In this document: positions 55,594-64,000 of the stretch, in pieces
Position numbering within the stretch: the first letter of the stretch is position 1
Layout: each line of letters opens with the position of its first letter
Assembly (NCBI GenBank): GCA_017629515.1
Contig: JAGBXB010000073.1
Span: 2,939-66,938, forward strand
DNA: 64,000 nucleotides
Source: Lentisphaeria bacterium
Lineage (GTDB): Bacteria; Verrucomicrobiota; Lentisphaeria; Victivallales; UBA1829
Direction of reading: 5' to 3'
Position numbers and translations under genes: made by a program
Notes under the pieces: generated by a model
What the model was told of the DNA's origin: nothing
Seen by the model: the letters and a program-made list of their open reading frames with translations, nothing else
Database searches by the model: none

Positions 55594-56898
55594 ATGAAAA
55601 AAGAAGATGAAAATAAAAATATGGCATCCCTTACAGAATTTGCCGCTGTGGCTCTGCCTGCCGGTTTTCAGGAGGAAACATTTTTTCTCCGTTCTTCCTC
55701 CGGGGATGGAATTGTAAAAATCGGGGAGAAAGTCACTTTTACTCTTTCCGGAACTATCCCGCCCTCCATCCGGTATTTCCTTTTGTGCAAATATGTCAAC
55801 GGAATGAAAAAATCGGAAAAAATCGTTCCTGTGGAGGATTTCCCCCCGGTGGTCATGCGTGGAAAAGGGCCCGGCTCTCTTGTTGTTACCATAAGCAAAC
55901 TGGATGAAAATAAAAAGCCTTTCACCGGAGGATTGCCGGTAGGTGACGGAGTGCTGGTGGAACCTTCCAAACTTGTTCCCGCAAGGCCGCTTCCTGCCGA
56001 TTTCCGGGAATTCTGGCAGAAAAATCTTTCTCTTCTTGCCCATGTGCCAATGGATGCGGAAAGAAAAAAAGTTCCCTTGTCTCCGGAGGAGGGCAGGGGA
56101 TTGCTCTGTGAGGATGTAAAGATCAAAAGTCTGGGGGAGCTTCCTGTTACAGGCTATCTTGTGATGCCGGAAAATGCGGCTGAAAAATCTCTTCCTGCCA
56201 TTGTCTGCTATCATGGCGCAGGGTATAAAAGCAGTATGAAACAGTTCTCTTTCGGGCGTAATGCCATTGTGCTGGATGCCAATGCCCATGGCTTGGAAAA
56301 CGGAAGAGAAAAAGAATATTATCTGGAATTGAATAAACTGCCCAACTGCGTGATGCAGAACCGTACTTCATTGAAAAATTCTTATGTGAAATATATGTTC
56401 CTGCGTACCGTAAGGGCTTTGGATTTTGTAAAAAGTCTCCCCCAGTGGGACGGGAAAAATCTGATCGTATTCGGGCGCAGTCAGGGGGGAAGTCAATCTC
56501 TTGCGGCGGCGGCACTTTGCAAAGAGGTTTCTTTATGTGTTTCCAATGTTCCGGCTCTGGGGGATCATGCCGGGAAAACGGTGAAAAGACGCCCCGGTTG
56601 GCCCATCCTCAACGGCAGGGCGGGGGAAAGGATCAGGAAAGTATCGGACTATGTGGATGTGGTCAATCTTGCTTCCCTTGTGAATGCCCCCACTTTTCTT
56701 TCTGCGGGGCTTATGGATCTGATCTGTCCGGCAAGCAGTATAGCATTGATGAAAAATCAGATGAAAAAAGGTGTTTGTAAAGAGTTGCGTCTTTTCCCCT
56801 GTATGGGACATCATGCCCCCGGAAATATGGATAAAAGCGATATGATCCAACGCCTTTGTGCGGATTCTGTAAAGAAAAAGTTGTCCCGCAGAAAGTAA
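55594..56898 (+). CDS. Carbohydrate esterase family 7 (acetyl xylan esterase-like) paralogue.
   Basis: 'FREFWQKNLSLL' and the nucleophile block 'GRSQGGSQSLAAAAL'. Start set at the ATG after 'ggag'. The ORF track begins at 55543. Confidence 0.65.
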   Translation: MKKEDENKNMASLTEFAAVALPAGFQEETFFLRSSSGDGIVKIGEKVTFTLSGTIPPSIRYFLLCKYVNGMKKSEKIVPVEDFPPVVMRGKGPGSLVVTISKLDENKKPFTGGLPVGDGVLVEPSKLVPARPLPADFREFWQKNLSLLAHVPMDAERKKVPLSPEEGRGLLCEDVKIKSLGELPVTGYLVMPENAAEKSLPAIVCYHGAGYKSSMKQFSFGRNAIVLDANAHGLENGREKEYYLELNKLPNCVMQNRTSLKNSYVKYMFLRTVRALDFVKSLPQWDGKNLIVFGRSQGGSQSLAAAALCKEVSLCVSNVPALGDHAGKTVKRRPGWPILNGRAGERIRKVSDYVDVVNLASLVNAPTFLSAGLMDLICPASSIALMKNQMKKGVCKELRLFPCMGHHAPGNMDKSDMIQRLCADSVKKKLSRRK

Positions 56899-56927
56899 CC
56901 ATAAACCGGGGGAAAAGATGGAAAATT

Positions 56928-58040
56928 TTATTTTCCGGAAAGTTTCCCCGCAGGGTTGCAATACTTTTTGAATACTTCAAAGTAGCCTTTTTCCACCATG
57001 ACATGGCCGTTGCAGATCATTAAAGTACGCCCGCCGGAAGCAAGAATGGTTTGCAATTCTTTTTCCAGTTCTGCGGGAGTTTTATACCCCAGACTGGAAG
57101 TGGTGGAACTGCTGATCCCCAGGAACGGGATGCCCTCAACAAAGGAATAATTTTCTCTGGCGCGTTCCACTACAAAACGGGTATAACGGGCGATTTTCTC
57201 CTGTTTCCATTTGAAATACCACGCCACTGTCTGTCCGCAATAATCCACTTTCAGGCGGTTGCCGAAAAGAGGATCGGACTGAAAATCCGGGTACAAATGG
57301 GCTACGATCTTGAAATCAGGACGCTTGCTTTTTACATAATCCACGGCTTTATTGTAATATTTCACAAGTTCATTGCCGTAAAAAATATCTCTGTTTGCCT
57401 GTGTATCTTTCAAATTGTTCTTTTTCAGAAAGGCGTGCAATTTTTCCAGACAATTTTTACAGTAACACCCTTTGTGATTGATGTAGCCTATATAGTCAAA
57501 ATAGATCCCTTTCACTCCGGGAACAGCCTGTTTGAGAATTTTATCCAGTCTTTTCCGGGAATAAGAAAAATCCGTATCCGAGATAAAACAATGGATCCCC
57601 TCATTGAGTACATCCATTTCCACTTCTTTTTCTCCGCCGTAACGGTATTTTTTTTCCAATCTGCGGCGGTGGATGATTTTATCCCGTTCCTTTCTGGGAA
57701 GTTTTTTATCCAGATCTCTGCCGCCGATATATCTGCGGAATGCCTCCTCTTCCGGAGTTACTTTCTGTATATAAGGGCCGCCAGGTGTAAAACAGGCAGC
57801 ATAAGGAGTCATGCCGTACTTGACGGCAAGATCATACTGTTTTTGATTGCTTACCGGTATATCGGTCACTCCGGACAGGGCATACCTTCTGGCAGTTTCT
57901 TCATCTGTGGGCCGTCCCCAGCAGAAAACCCGGTGGAAACGGGGGGTAAGTTCTTCTTTTGCGGAAATCGTCTTTTTTTCCTGTACAGTACAGGAGGAAA
58001 GAAGAAGAGCACAAAAAACAAGGCAGAGTATTTTAAGCAT
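56928..58040 (-). CDS. Hypothetical lipoprotein, possibly glycoside-hydrolase-like.
   Basis: Lipobox 'LLLSSC'. No motif identified. Confidence 0.5.
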   Translation of the reverse strand: MLKILCLVFCALLLSSCTVQEKKTISAKEELTPRFHRVFCWGRPTDEETARRYALSGVTDIPVSNQKQYDLAVKYGMTPYAACFTPGGPYIQKVTPEEEAFRRYIGGRDLDKKLPRKERDKIIHRRRLEKKYRYGGEKEVEMDVLNEGIHCFISDTDFSYSRKRLDKILKQAVPGVKGIYFDYIGYINHKGCYCKNCLEKLHAFLKKNNLKDTQANRDIFYGNELVKYYNKAVDYVKSKRPDFKIVAHLYPDFQSDPLFGNRLKVDYCGQTVAWYFKWKQEKIARYTRFVVERARENYSFVEGIPFLGISSSTTSSLGYKTPAELEKELQTILASGGRTLMICNGHVMVEKGYFEVFKKYCNPAGKLSGK

Positions 58041-58127
58041 AGATTGTTTCTTTCTGTATTTTATTGATCATTATAAAGAAAAAAGGAGGAGCAAGGCACG
58101 CTCCCCCTCTTTTTCTACGGCAATTTC

Positions 58128-61100
58128 TTACGCAAATTTGAAGAAAAGTGCGGTATCCTTTGCCGTTTTGGTAAGAAGCACAAGGCGGTCTTTACTGCGG
58201 GAAAGAATACTTACTTCTTCCGCATCGCTTGTGATCTCCTTATCCCCGATCCCGGCAACATTGATGGTTACTTTCACCTTGGCAGGATAGACTGCATCAT
58301 CGTGATAAATGGGGGAATCATCACTCAAAACCACGATCAGTTCCCCTTTCTCATTGTAAGAGGAAAGCAGACAGCCCCTGCTGGCTTTGAAAGCAGGTTC
58401 CGGTGCAAGATAGGCAAAAACTTCTTTCATTTTTGCCCGCATATTGGTACTCAAAGCATCCTGACCGTGATTGTAATTACTGCGGAAGGTGGCTCTGCGT
58501 ACAACCGTAGGCGGTACATTTATAAAGACGCATCTTGTGCCATTGGCATTTTCTTTTGCAAAAATAACTTCCCTATCCATGGCTTTTCCGTCGGATTCCG
58601 CACCATAGAGAATACAGACAGCATCTTTTGCTTTATATTTTGTGCCGCAAAGTTTATGGGAAAAGTCTTCCCCCTCCAGATGTCCGAGTTTCCGGAATCC
58701 GGCAGGATCTTTTTCCACACCGAAAAGATCTTCCAGGCCGCAAACTTCTTCAAAGCAGAGAAGATTGATCCCTCTTTCTGCTGCTCTGCGGATGGAGTCA
58801 ATAATATTTTGGGGTGTTCCCTCCACAATGGGCGGCAGAATAAGGTATTCCGCCATATCTTTTGTAATGGAATCCAGCTGGGTGAAGTCGGTGATGACAG
58901 GGGTGATCCTTCCATCATTGCTGTTGCGTTCAAAGGTATAGGCAAGAGCTTCTTCCGCCGTATTGCAAACGTCGGCAGAATCAAAGGAGAATCCGATCCC
59001 CTCCACATGGAAACTGCACTCTTCCTCGTAGTAATCTTTTCTGCGCCGGATCTGTTCCAGATCCAGGAGCATAAAGGGGGAACGGGGAGCTTTTTTGGGT
59101 TCATTGCGGATCATTTTGCCCCAGGCATAAATAAACTCTTCCAGAGAGCGTTTTTCCGCATTGCGGCTATGGAATCCATAGTCCGTCCAGTATTTATAGG
59201 AACCGTTTTTATACTGGGGAGTACCGTATGTAAACTCATACACGATCCTTCTCTGGTGCTCGGGTGCCAATTCTGTTGTGGGAATGGGATGAGCCTGATA
59301 GACTGCACCGTCATGGCAGCGGCCCCAGCCGGTATAGTAGATCTCCGGATACATATAACGGCTGTAAGAGTAGTAATAATCGTAGGAAGATACATAGAGA
59401 GCTGGTCTGCAAAGGGGATAATCACAACTGAAGTGATAATCTTCCATAAACCAGAAAGAACCGTTTTTCCGGATCCGGGGATCTTTTTCAAGGGGAGCGG
59501 AAACGTGCCGGAGCATATATGCCGTCTTGTATTTCTGGGCATAGATGGGACACGGACCGTAGGAAGCACGTGCCGCAGCAGGATTGAGACTGTAAAGATA
59601 ATCCACAAAATCCTGGGTACTTTTTTCTATGAAGGGCTGGGCGTAATCGATCAATTCATCCCAGCAACTTTCCACAAGATCCTTGATCTCCTCATTAGCC
59701 AGAGCTTTATCTTCTGCAAGATATTTGTCAATAAGTTCCAGAGTAACGATTTTCAGAGCGGGCTTCTTTTCCGCCACAAAATCCCTTATGATCTGCAAAA
59801 GATTTTTTTTGCAGAACCCGTTGGAACCGAAGTCATAACGGGTACCATAGGAAACGGTATGGGGGGTGCCGCCGAAGAAGTCTGCTTTCCGGATAAGATT
59901 CTGATTGAAACTGCTTTGCATATCCGGATCGTTACAGTTTCTTGCCCAGCTCCACACAAACCATTTTCTCTGATAGAGCTTCACCAGATCCTGTATCTCA
60001 TAAGCTGTTCCCACAGCAGGAAGCCATGTTCCGCCGTAATAATAGTGAGCGCATCCGCCATATTCTGAACAGGGGTCAAAGGCAGATGTTTCAATATATT
60101 TTGTTTCATTGGGCATGGAAAAGATTTTGGGAAGCCGGGAGGCTTCAATAGGCCCAAGACCGTTGGGATCGGTATTGAGAACATCAAAGATGGTCTTTTC
60201 TTTACACAAAAGCATACTTCCCGCCATAAGAGAAGTGTGCATGTGCCATACGCCCACAGAGGGAGTCCTGTTCAAAGTGACTTTGAAAACAACTTTGCCG
60301 ATATCGCCGGCAAGGTCTTTACTTTCCACTTTTTCAATAGTGAAACTGCCGTCATCCAATGCTTCATCATAGCAGGAAGTAAAGGAACACTGAATAGAAA
60401 GTTCATCAGAGGAAAGTTCTTTTTTGCGGAAATATTCCTCAATATAGAATACCACCTTTTCATCATCATAGAAATAGTGCTGTTCCTTTGCAAACTTCAA
60501 GGCCTTATCTCTTCTGGGAACGTCAGAGGGGATCATGGAAACGATCTTTTTATCTTCCGGACTTCTGACGACAATAGAAGCCGGATCTTTGTAAAGGGAA
60601 TTTCCTTCATAAATCAGATTGCCTGCCATATCCCGGATCTGTTCATAGGGACCGTTTTCCACAAAACGGAAAGGCGTATTGATGGCATATTCATAACCTG
60701 CCGCAAGAATATACTTTTCCGGAAAATCGGCAAAGACAATATCAAATGTAAAGGGCCAGGGGATCTCTTTTCCGGAGTACAGGACATTCATTTTGCGGTC
60801 ATAAAGCAATTTTGTCCCGTTATAGAAAAAGATATTTTCATACAATTTCCCGTTTTCTTCAATACGGATATAGGGGGAAGTAAGTTTTTCCGAGATCCTG
60901 CCCCATTCCGTGCCGCCGGTTTCAATTCGTTCACCGCGGTCCATGACCGTACCGGAAAGAATCCCCTGACAATGCACCTCACCTGTACTGTAACGGGAAA
61001 GCACCACTTCATAATCAATGGGAGTATCAAATCCCTGCACACAGCCGATACGGAATTTATGACGGGCAAATTCTTTCTTTTCTGCTTCATCCGGAGAATT

Positions 61101-61661
61101 CAGTTCAATATGTTTAAGGATCAGGATCTCACTGGGGGCAAAGGTCATATTGAACCCGATCCTGCCCTTTTCCGGCATGGCGGCATCTTCCGGAATGTCA
61201 AAGGAAACATCTTCATTGAAGATCTTTGCATTTCCCTTATTGCCCTCTACTTTCAGGACAAGGGTGCAGTTTTCTTTTTTGGAGAAATCGGGCAGAGCTT
61301 CATCCTGTCTTGTAAAAATATCTTTTCCGTCAAGGATAAAATGAAGAATATTTTTCTGATCCCAGACAAATTGCAGTTCATGACCTTTTTTAGAGGGAAC
61401 ATCCCTGCGGAATACCACAACAAACCCCACGCCGAATTCGGCTTTTATGTAGGTGAGTTCAAAATCCAGTTTCAGTTCAAAATCCCGGAGGAGTGGGGTG
61501 GCAAGATCGTGATAATTGCCATCCATGAGAATATGATAAAAACCGTCTTCCAGGATCCCGCCGTGATTGTGGGAATAGATGGAAACTTTTTCCACATTGA
61601 TCTTGTAAGGATGGTTTTTTTCGTTGTACTGTGAGAAGTCTTCCAGAAAGTGAAACGCCAT
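58128..61661 (-). CDS. Large (1177 aa) cytoplasmic hypothetical protein, possibly carbohydrate-active.
   Basis: Long uninterrupted ORF with no signal peptide. The overlapping 588-aa plus-strand ORF is antisense. Confidence 0.55.
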   Translation of the reverse strand: MAFHFLEDFSQYNEKNHPYKINVEKVSIYSHNHGGILEDGFYHILMDGNYHDLATPLLRDFELKLDFELTYIKAEFGVGFVVVFRRDVPSKKGHELQFVWDQKNILHFILDGKDIFTRQDEALPDFSKKENCTLVLKVEGNKGNAKIFNEDVSFDIPEDAAMPEKGRIGFNMTFAPSEILILKHIELNSPDEAEKKEFARHKFRIGCVQGFDTPIDYEVVLSRYSTGEVHCQGILSGTVMDRGERIETGGTEWGRISEKLTSPYIRIEENGKLYENIFFYNGTKLLYDRKMNVLYSGKEIPWPFTFDIVFADFPEKYILAAGYEYAINTPFRFVENGPYEQIRDMAGNLIYEGNSLYKDPASIVVRSPEDKKIVSMIPSDVPRRDKALKFAKEQHYFYDDEKVVFYIEEYFRKKELSSDELSIQCSFTSCYDEALDDGSFTIEKVESKDLAGDIGKVVFKVTLNRTPSVGVWHMHTSLMAGSMLLCKEKTIFDVLNTDPNGLGPIEASRLPKIFSMPNETKYIETSAFDPCSEYGGCAHYYYGGTWLPAVGTAYEIQDLVKLYQRKWFVWSWARNCNDPDMQSSFNQNLIRKADFFGGTPHTVSYGTRYDFGSNGFCKKNLLQIIRDFVAEKKPALKIVTLELIDKYLAEDKALANEEIKDLVESCWDELIDYAQPFIEKSTQDFVDYLYSLNPAAARASYGPCPIYAQKYKTAYMLRHVSAPLEKDPRIRKNGSFWFMEDYHFSCDYPLCRPALYVSSYDYYYSYSRYMYPEIYYTGWGRCHDGAVYQAHPIPTTELAPEHQRRIVYEFTYGTPQYKNGSYKYWTDYGFHSRNAEKRSLEEFIYAWGKMIRNEPKKAPRSPFMLLDLEQIRRRKDYYEEECSFHVEGIGFSFDSADVCNTAEEALAYTFERNSNDGRITPVITDFTQLDSITKDMAEYLILPPIVEGTPQNIIDSIRRAAERGINLLCFEEVCGLEDLFGVEKDPAGFRKLGHLEGEDFSHKLCGTKYKAKDAVCILYGAESDGKAMDREVIFAKENANGTRCVFINVPPTVVRRATFRSNYNHGQDALSTNMRAKMKEVFAYLAPEPAFKASRGCLLSSYNEKGELIVVLSDDSPIYHDDAVYPAKVKVTINVAGIGDKEITSDAEEVSILSRSKDRLVLLTKTAKDTALFFKFA

Positions 61662-61818
61662 TTTTGATTCCTTTTGTTGAGAAGTGATTTCAAAAGACCA
61701 TGAATGTTGGAAAATGTATTTCCCCTGTAAAGAAAATCATACAGAAAAATCCAAACGATTATAAAAGAATATAGTTGCTTCTACTGTTTTTTCAAGTAAA
61801 GAACTTGCAAAATTCAAC

Positions 61819-61868
61819 CAAAAAAATGCACCATCGGGCAGAAGCGACTGTCTGCGCAGATGGTGCAT
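61819..61868 (-). terminator. Rho-independent terminator (minus strand) after the GT9-DUF1353 operon.
   Basis: 10-bp stem atgcaccatc/gatggtgcat with a structured loop, followed on the minus strand by a T7 run (plus-strand A7 at 61819-25). Confidence 0.55.
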
Positions 61869-61894
61869 TTTCAATGGTTTCCGGTTTATAAGAA

Positions 61895-62080
61895 TCAGAG
61901 ATCGAGTTTTTCCTTGATCTCCTTTATTTCCTGCGCACAGAAACATTTTTCCCTTATTTTGGCACAATCGGAAAATTTGACCCTTTTTTCAATAGCACTG
62001 TGGTGACCCCATAGTGCACCGAAAATAAAGCCGGAAAGTGCGAGAAATACGGTTATGATAATATCCTGGGAAAGAATCAT
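61895..62080 (-). CDS. Small single-TM membrane protein, hypothetical.
   Basis: 'MILSQDIIITVFLALSGFIFGALWGHH...' starts at the DUF1353 stop (ATGA-type overlap). The longer ORF-track version overlaps DUF1353. Confidence 0.3.
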   Translation of the reverse strand: MILSQDIIITVFLALSGFIFGALWGHHSAIEKRVKFSDCAKIREKCFCAQEIKEIKEKLDL

Positions 62081-62457
62081 ATTCCATTTCCTCCTTTCCA
62101 TGCCTTTCTGCCGAAAAGCCGTACTCCCCAATAGGCTTTCCAACTGCGGAAACAGCCTAAATTATGGGCAAGGATGTAATCGTAAAAAAGGCTGTCCGCC
62201 TCTTTCCTTGTAAAAGGATGACTGCCGGAGCGGTAAAGAAAATCATGTGCCAGTGCGCCATCGAGAGTGCGGGGGTCAATGGCTGGGGAAATACTTGCCC
62301 AGAGAAACTCCGGAATACTTGCTCCGTCACTTATAAATCCTGCCGGAACGGTAAAACTTTTACCGTTATATGTATATAACAGATCTTCCAGTAATTGGAT
62401 GCAGTCACCGTTACTGCCATTGAAAACGCTTATATTTATTCTGTTATGCAGATGCAT
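62077..62457 (-). CDS. DUF1353-family protein.
   Basis: 'FTVPAGFISDGASIPEFLW' matches the DUF1353 'GF.TDGASIP' core as I recall it. Confidence 0.5.
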   Translation of the reverse strand: MHLHNRINISVFNGSNGDCIQLLEDLLYTYNGKSFTVPAGFISDGASIPEFLWASISPAIDPRTLDGALAHDFLYRSGSHPFTRKEADSLFYDYILAHNLGCFRSWKAYWGVRLFGRKAWKGGNGI

Positions 62458-63811
62458 TTTTTTCCTTTCTCATGATCTTGTATAATATATCGCAGACGAC
62501 TTCCGGTGTGATTTTTTCCATACAAAGTCCCATCTGATCGCCGCTTTCATCCGTAAAGATATTTTTGCATTTTCTTTCCCCCTCCTCAAATCCTTTACAG
62601 CGGCATCCGGCGTTTTCACAGCAGGGAAGAGTTCCCACAGTGGAAAGAGTCACTCCGCAGGGATAATGGGCAAGGCTTTCCGGCTCCCGCCCGCCTGCAA
62701 GAGAGATGAACGGTACATGGAAGGCTGCGGCAATATGGGTCACTCCCGACGGCGGGGAAATCACGCAGGAAGCATCCCTGACAAGATGAATAAGATCTTT
62801 TCTTGTGGTTTTATCAATAAGATCCATACATCCTTTCAATGCTTCCGCATGATTGGCTTTCTGTCCGATCTGGATAAATTTCACATCCGGGCAGAACTGG
62901 ACAAGTCTTTCCCAGTTTTTTTTCAGCCATTTTTTTGCCGGAGCGGAGTTCTGCCATCCGGTATTGATGACCACATAGGGGAAAGGGAATCTTCTTTTTT
63001 CAGATAACTCTGCATAGATGACCGGATCGCGGTACCGGATGGGGACAGATATATTGATCTCATTGGCAATATGTTTTGTGGTCCCCTCGATGATATGGGG
63101 GGTATTTTTGTTCCAGGGGGATTCATTGCAGGAGTCCACGATATAATCGGCAGTTTCTTCTGTAATGCTTTTATCCAGGAAATGACAGTTTTCCCATAGA
63201 TCCGTGCAGTGGGAAAGGATATTGACTTTTACTTTTCCTGTTGCAGCAAGGTTTTCCATTACGGCACTGGTATAAATATTATCTCCCAGCCAGGGAAGAG
63301 TACGGACAAGGACTTTCAGCAGTCCCTTCCTGTTGGCGGTATCCGCAGTATAGATATGTTCAAACTTTGCCAGTTCTTCCGCCTCGAATTTCCAGTTGTG
63401 CCAGGGGCAGCGGTAGGTGGATTTTTTTACATCGTAGCCGAAGTTGACAAGAACGATCCTTTCCTGCGGGAAAAGTTCCGCTATATACTTTGTAACCATA
63501 TATCCTGTTGTGGCACAGCGGCTTCTTCCCTCTTCAATGGGATAATCCCAATCATAATCCTTTTTCAGTTTCTGAATAAAGGCGGGCGGGATGCGGTCGG
63601 CGTTTTTATCGCCGAAGACCACCATATTGCGTATCCCGGGAATGAAAGAGCCGTAAGAAACTTCATTCATACGGTGGATCACCATTTTTTTTGCGTGGTC
63701 TTTGTAATAGGAAATACTTGCCGCCTTGTTGAGAAATACAAGAAGATCCCCTTTTTCGGGGGTGATTTTTCTTTCTTCAGGGTATTCCACATTAGAGAAA
63801 ATATAGATCAT
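62444..63811 (-). CDS. Glycosyltransferase family 9 (heptosyltransferase-like) with a Cys-rich C-terminal tail.
   Basis: 'DASCVISPPSGVTHIAAAFHVPFISLAGGREP' is the GT9 C-terminal signature. The tail reads 'CCENAGCRCKG...CKN...C'. Confidence 0.65.
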   Translation of the reverse strand: MIYIFSNVEYPEERKITPEKGDLLVFLNKAASISYYKDHAKKMVIHRMNEVSYGSFIPGIRNMVVFGDKNADRIPPAFIQKLKKDYDWDYPIEEGRSRCATTGYMVTKYIAELFPQERIVLVNFGYDVKKSTYRCPWHNWKFEAEELAKFEHIYTADTANRKGLLKVLVRTLPWLGDNIYTSAVMENLAATGKVKVNILSHCTDLWENCHFLDKSITEETADYIVDSCNESPWNKNTPHIIEGTTKHIANEINISVPIRYRDPVIYAELSEKRRFPFPYVVINTGWQNSAPAKKWLKKNWERLVQFCPDVKFIQIGQKANHAEALKGCMDLIDKTTRKDLIHLVRDASCVISPPSGVTHIAAAFHVPFISLAGGREPESLAHYPCGVTLSTVGTLPCCENAGCRCKGFEEGERKCKNIFTDESGDQMGLCMEKITPEVVCDILYKIMRKEKNASA

Positions 63812-63829
63812 TTTTTATTCCTTTTCATT

Positions 63830-64000
63830 TTATTTTCTTTTACGGATCACGGCACCCAGCCGCAGATCCGGGGTTACATATCTGGCGATTTGACGGACAT
63901 ATACTTTCCCGTCTTTAATCGTGATTTTTGCCAGAGGGAAATATACGCAGCTGTCTTCCTCCACGATTTCTTCATTTCCGGAGGCACTTGCGGAACTTTC
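63830..64000 (-). CDS. 3' end of a gene that begins beyond the window; hypothetical.
   Basis: Open frame from 64000 down to stop taa at 63830-63832 ('...FPLAKITIKDGKVYVRQIARYVTPDLRLGAVIRKRK*'). It sits 19 nt upstream of the GT9 start. Confidence 0.4.
   Translation of the reverse strand, partial: ESSASASGNEEIVEEDSCVYFPLAKITIKDGKVYVRQIARYVTPDLRLGAVIRKRK

Noticed and set aside
1-64000. A search for mobile elements: transposase, integrase, phage structural genes, and direct repeats flanking islands.
   Set aside because: None of the ORFs shows DDE or tyrosine-recombinase hallmarks. The only phage-associated hint is the DUF1353 domain, which is embedded in a glycosyltransferase operon.

Overview
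This 64 kb window looks like chromosome from a PVC-superphylum bacterium, probably Lentisphaerota or a relative. I place it there because it carries five prepilin-type 'DUF1559 / H-X9-DG' pseudopilin-like genes whose N-termini read (K/R/H)[19 protein letters not shown] found no phage, IS, integrase, CRISPR, tRNA or rRNA genes.

Housekeeping genes (ftsW-murG-rsmE fragment, dxs, rplM-rpsI, trmH, comM, recX, panE, pgm/pmm, ROK kinase) sit among carbohydrate-active accessory genes. These include two DUF4838+CBM9-like secreted proteins, a 1834-aa LamG-domain secreted protein, two CE7 acetyl-xylan-esterase paralogs, and CE4, GH10-like, GH13-like and six-hairpin glycoside-hydrolase-like genes. There is also an IclR-headed sugar-acid catabolic operon.

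The most striking unexplained signal is a conserved 5' leader in front of two unlinked pseudopilin genes. In each, a perfect 20-22 nt inverted repeat pairs a site about 95 nt upstream with the start-codon region (cataATGtatattATGcgacg). Each of these two pseudopilin genes, and a third partial one at the window start, lies immediately upstream of a large secreted CAZyme-like protein. The tandem pseudopilin triplet at 21194-23511 likewise abuts the 1834-aa LamG protein. This suggests cognate pseudopilin / exoprotein modules under cis-RNA translational control.

Other notable items are listed below.
- An orphan GspE/PilB-family ATPase carries an N-terminal two-helix membrane anchor and is co-operonic with a CvpA-like membrane protein.
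- The RNase HIII gene is split by a -1 frameshift.
- A Pro/Ala-rich tail-anchored protein contains near-identical 108-nt tandem repeats.
- Tandem secreted SGNH hydrolases carry ribbon-helix-helix-like C-terminal tails.
- A flotillin gene contains 60-nt tandem repeats.

I could not run any alignment, folding or database search. All family assignments come from motif recognition by eye.
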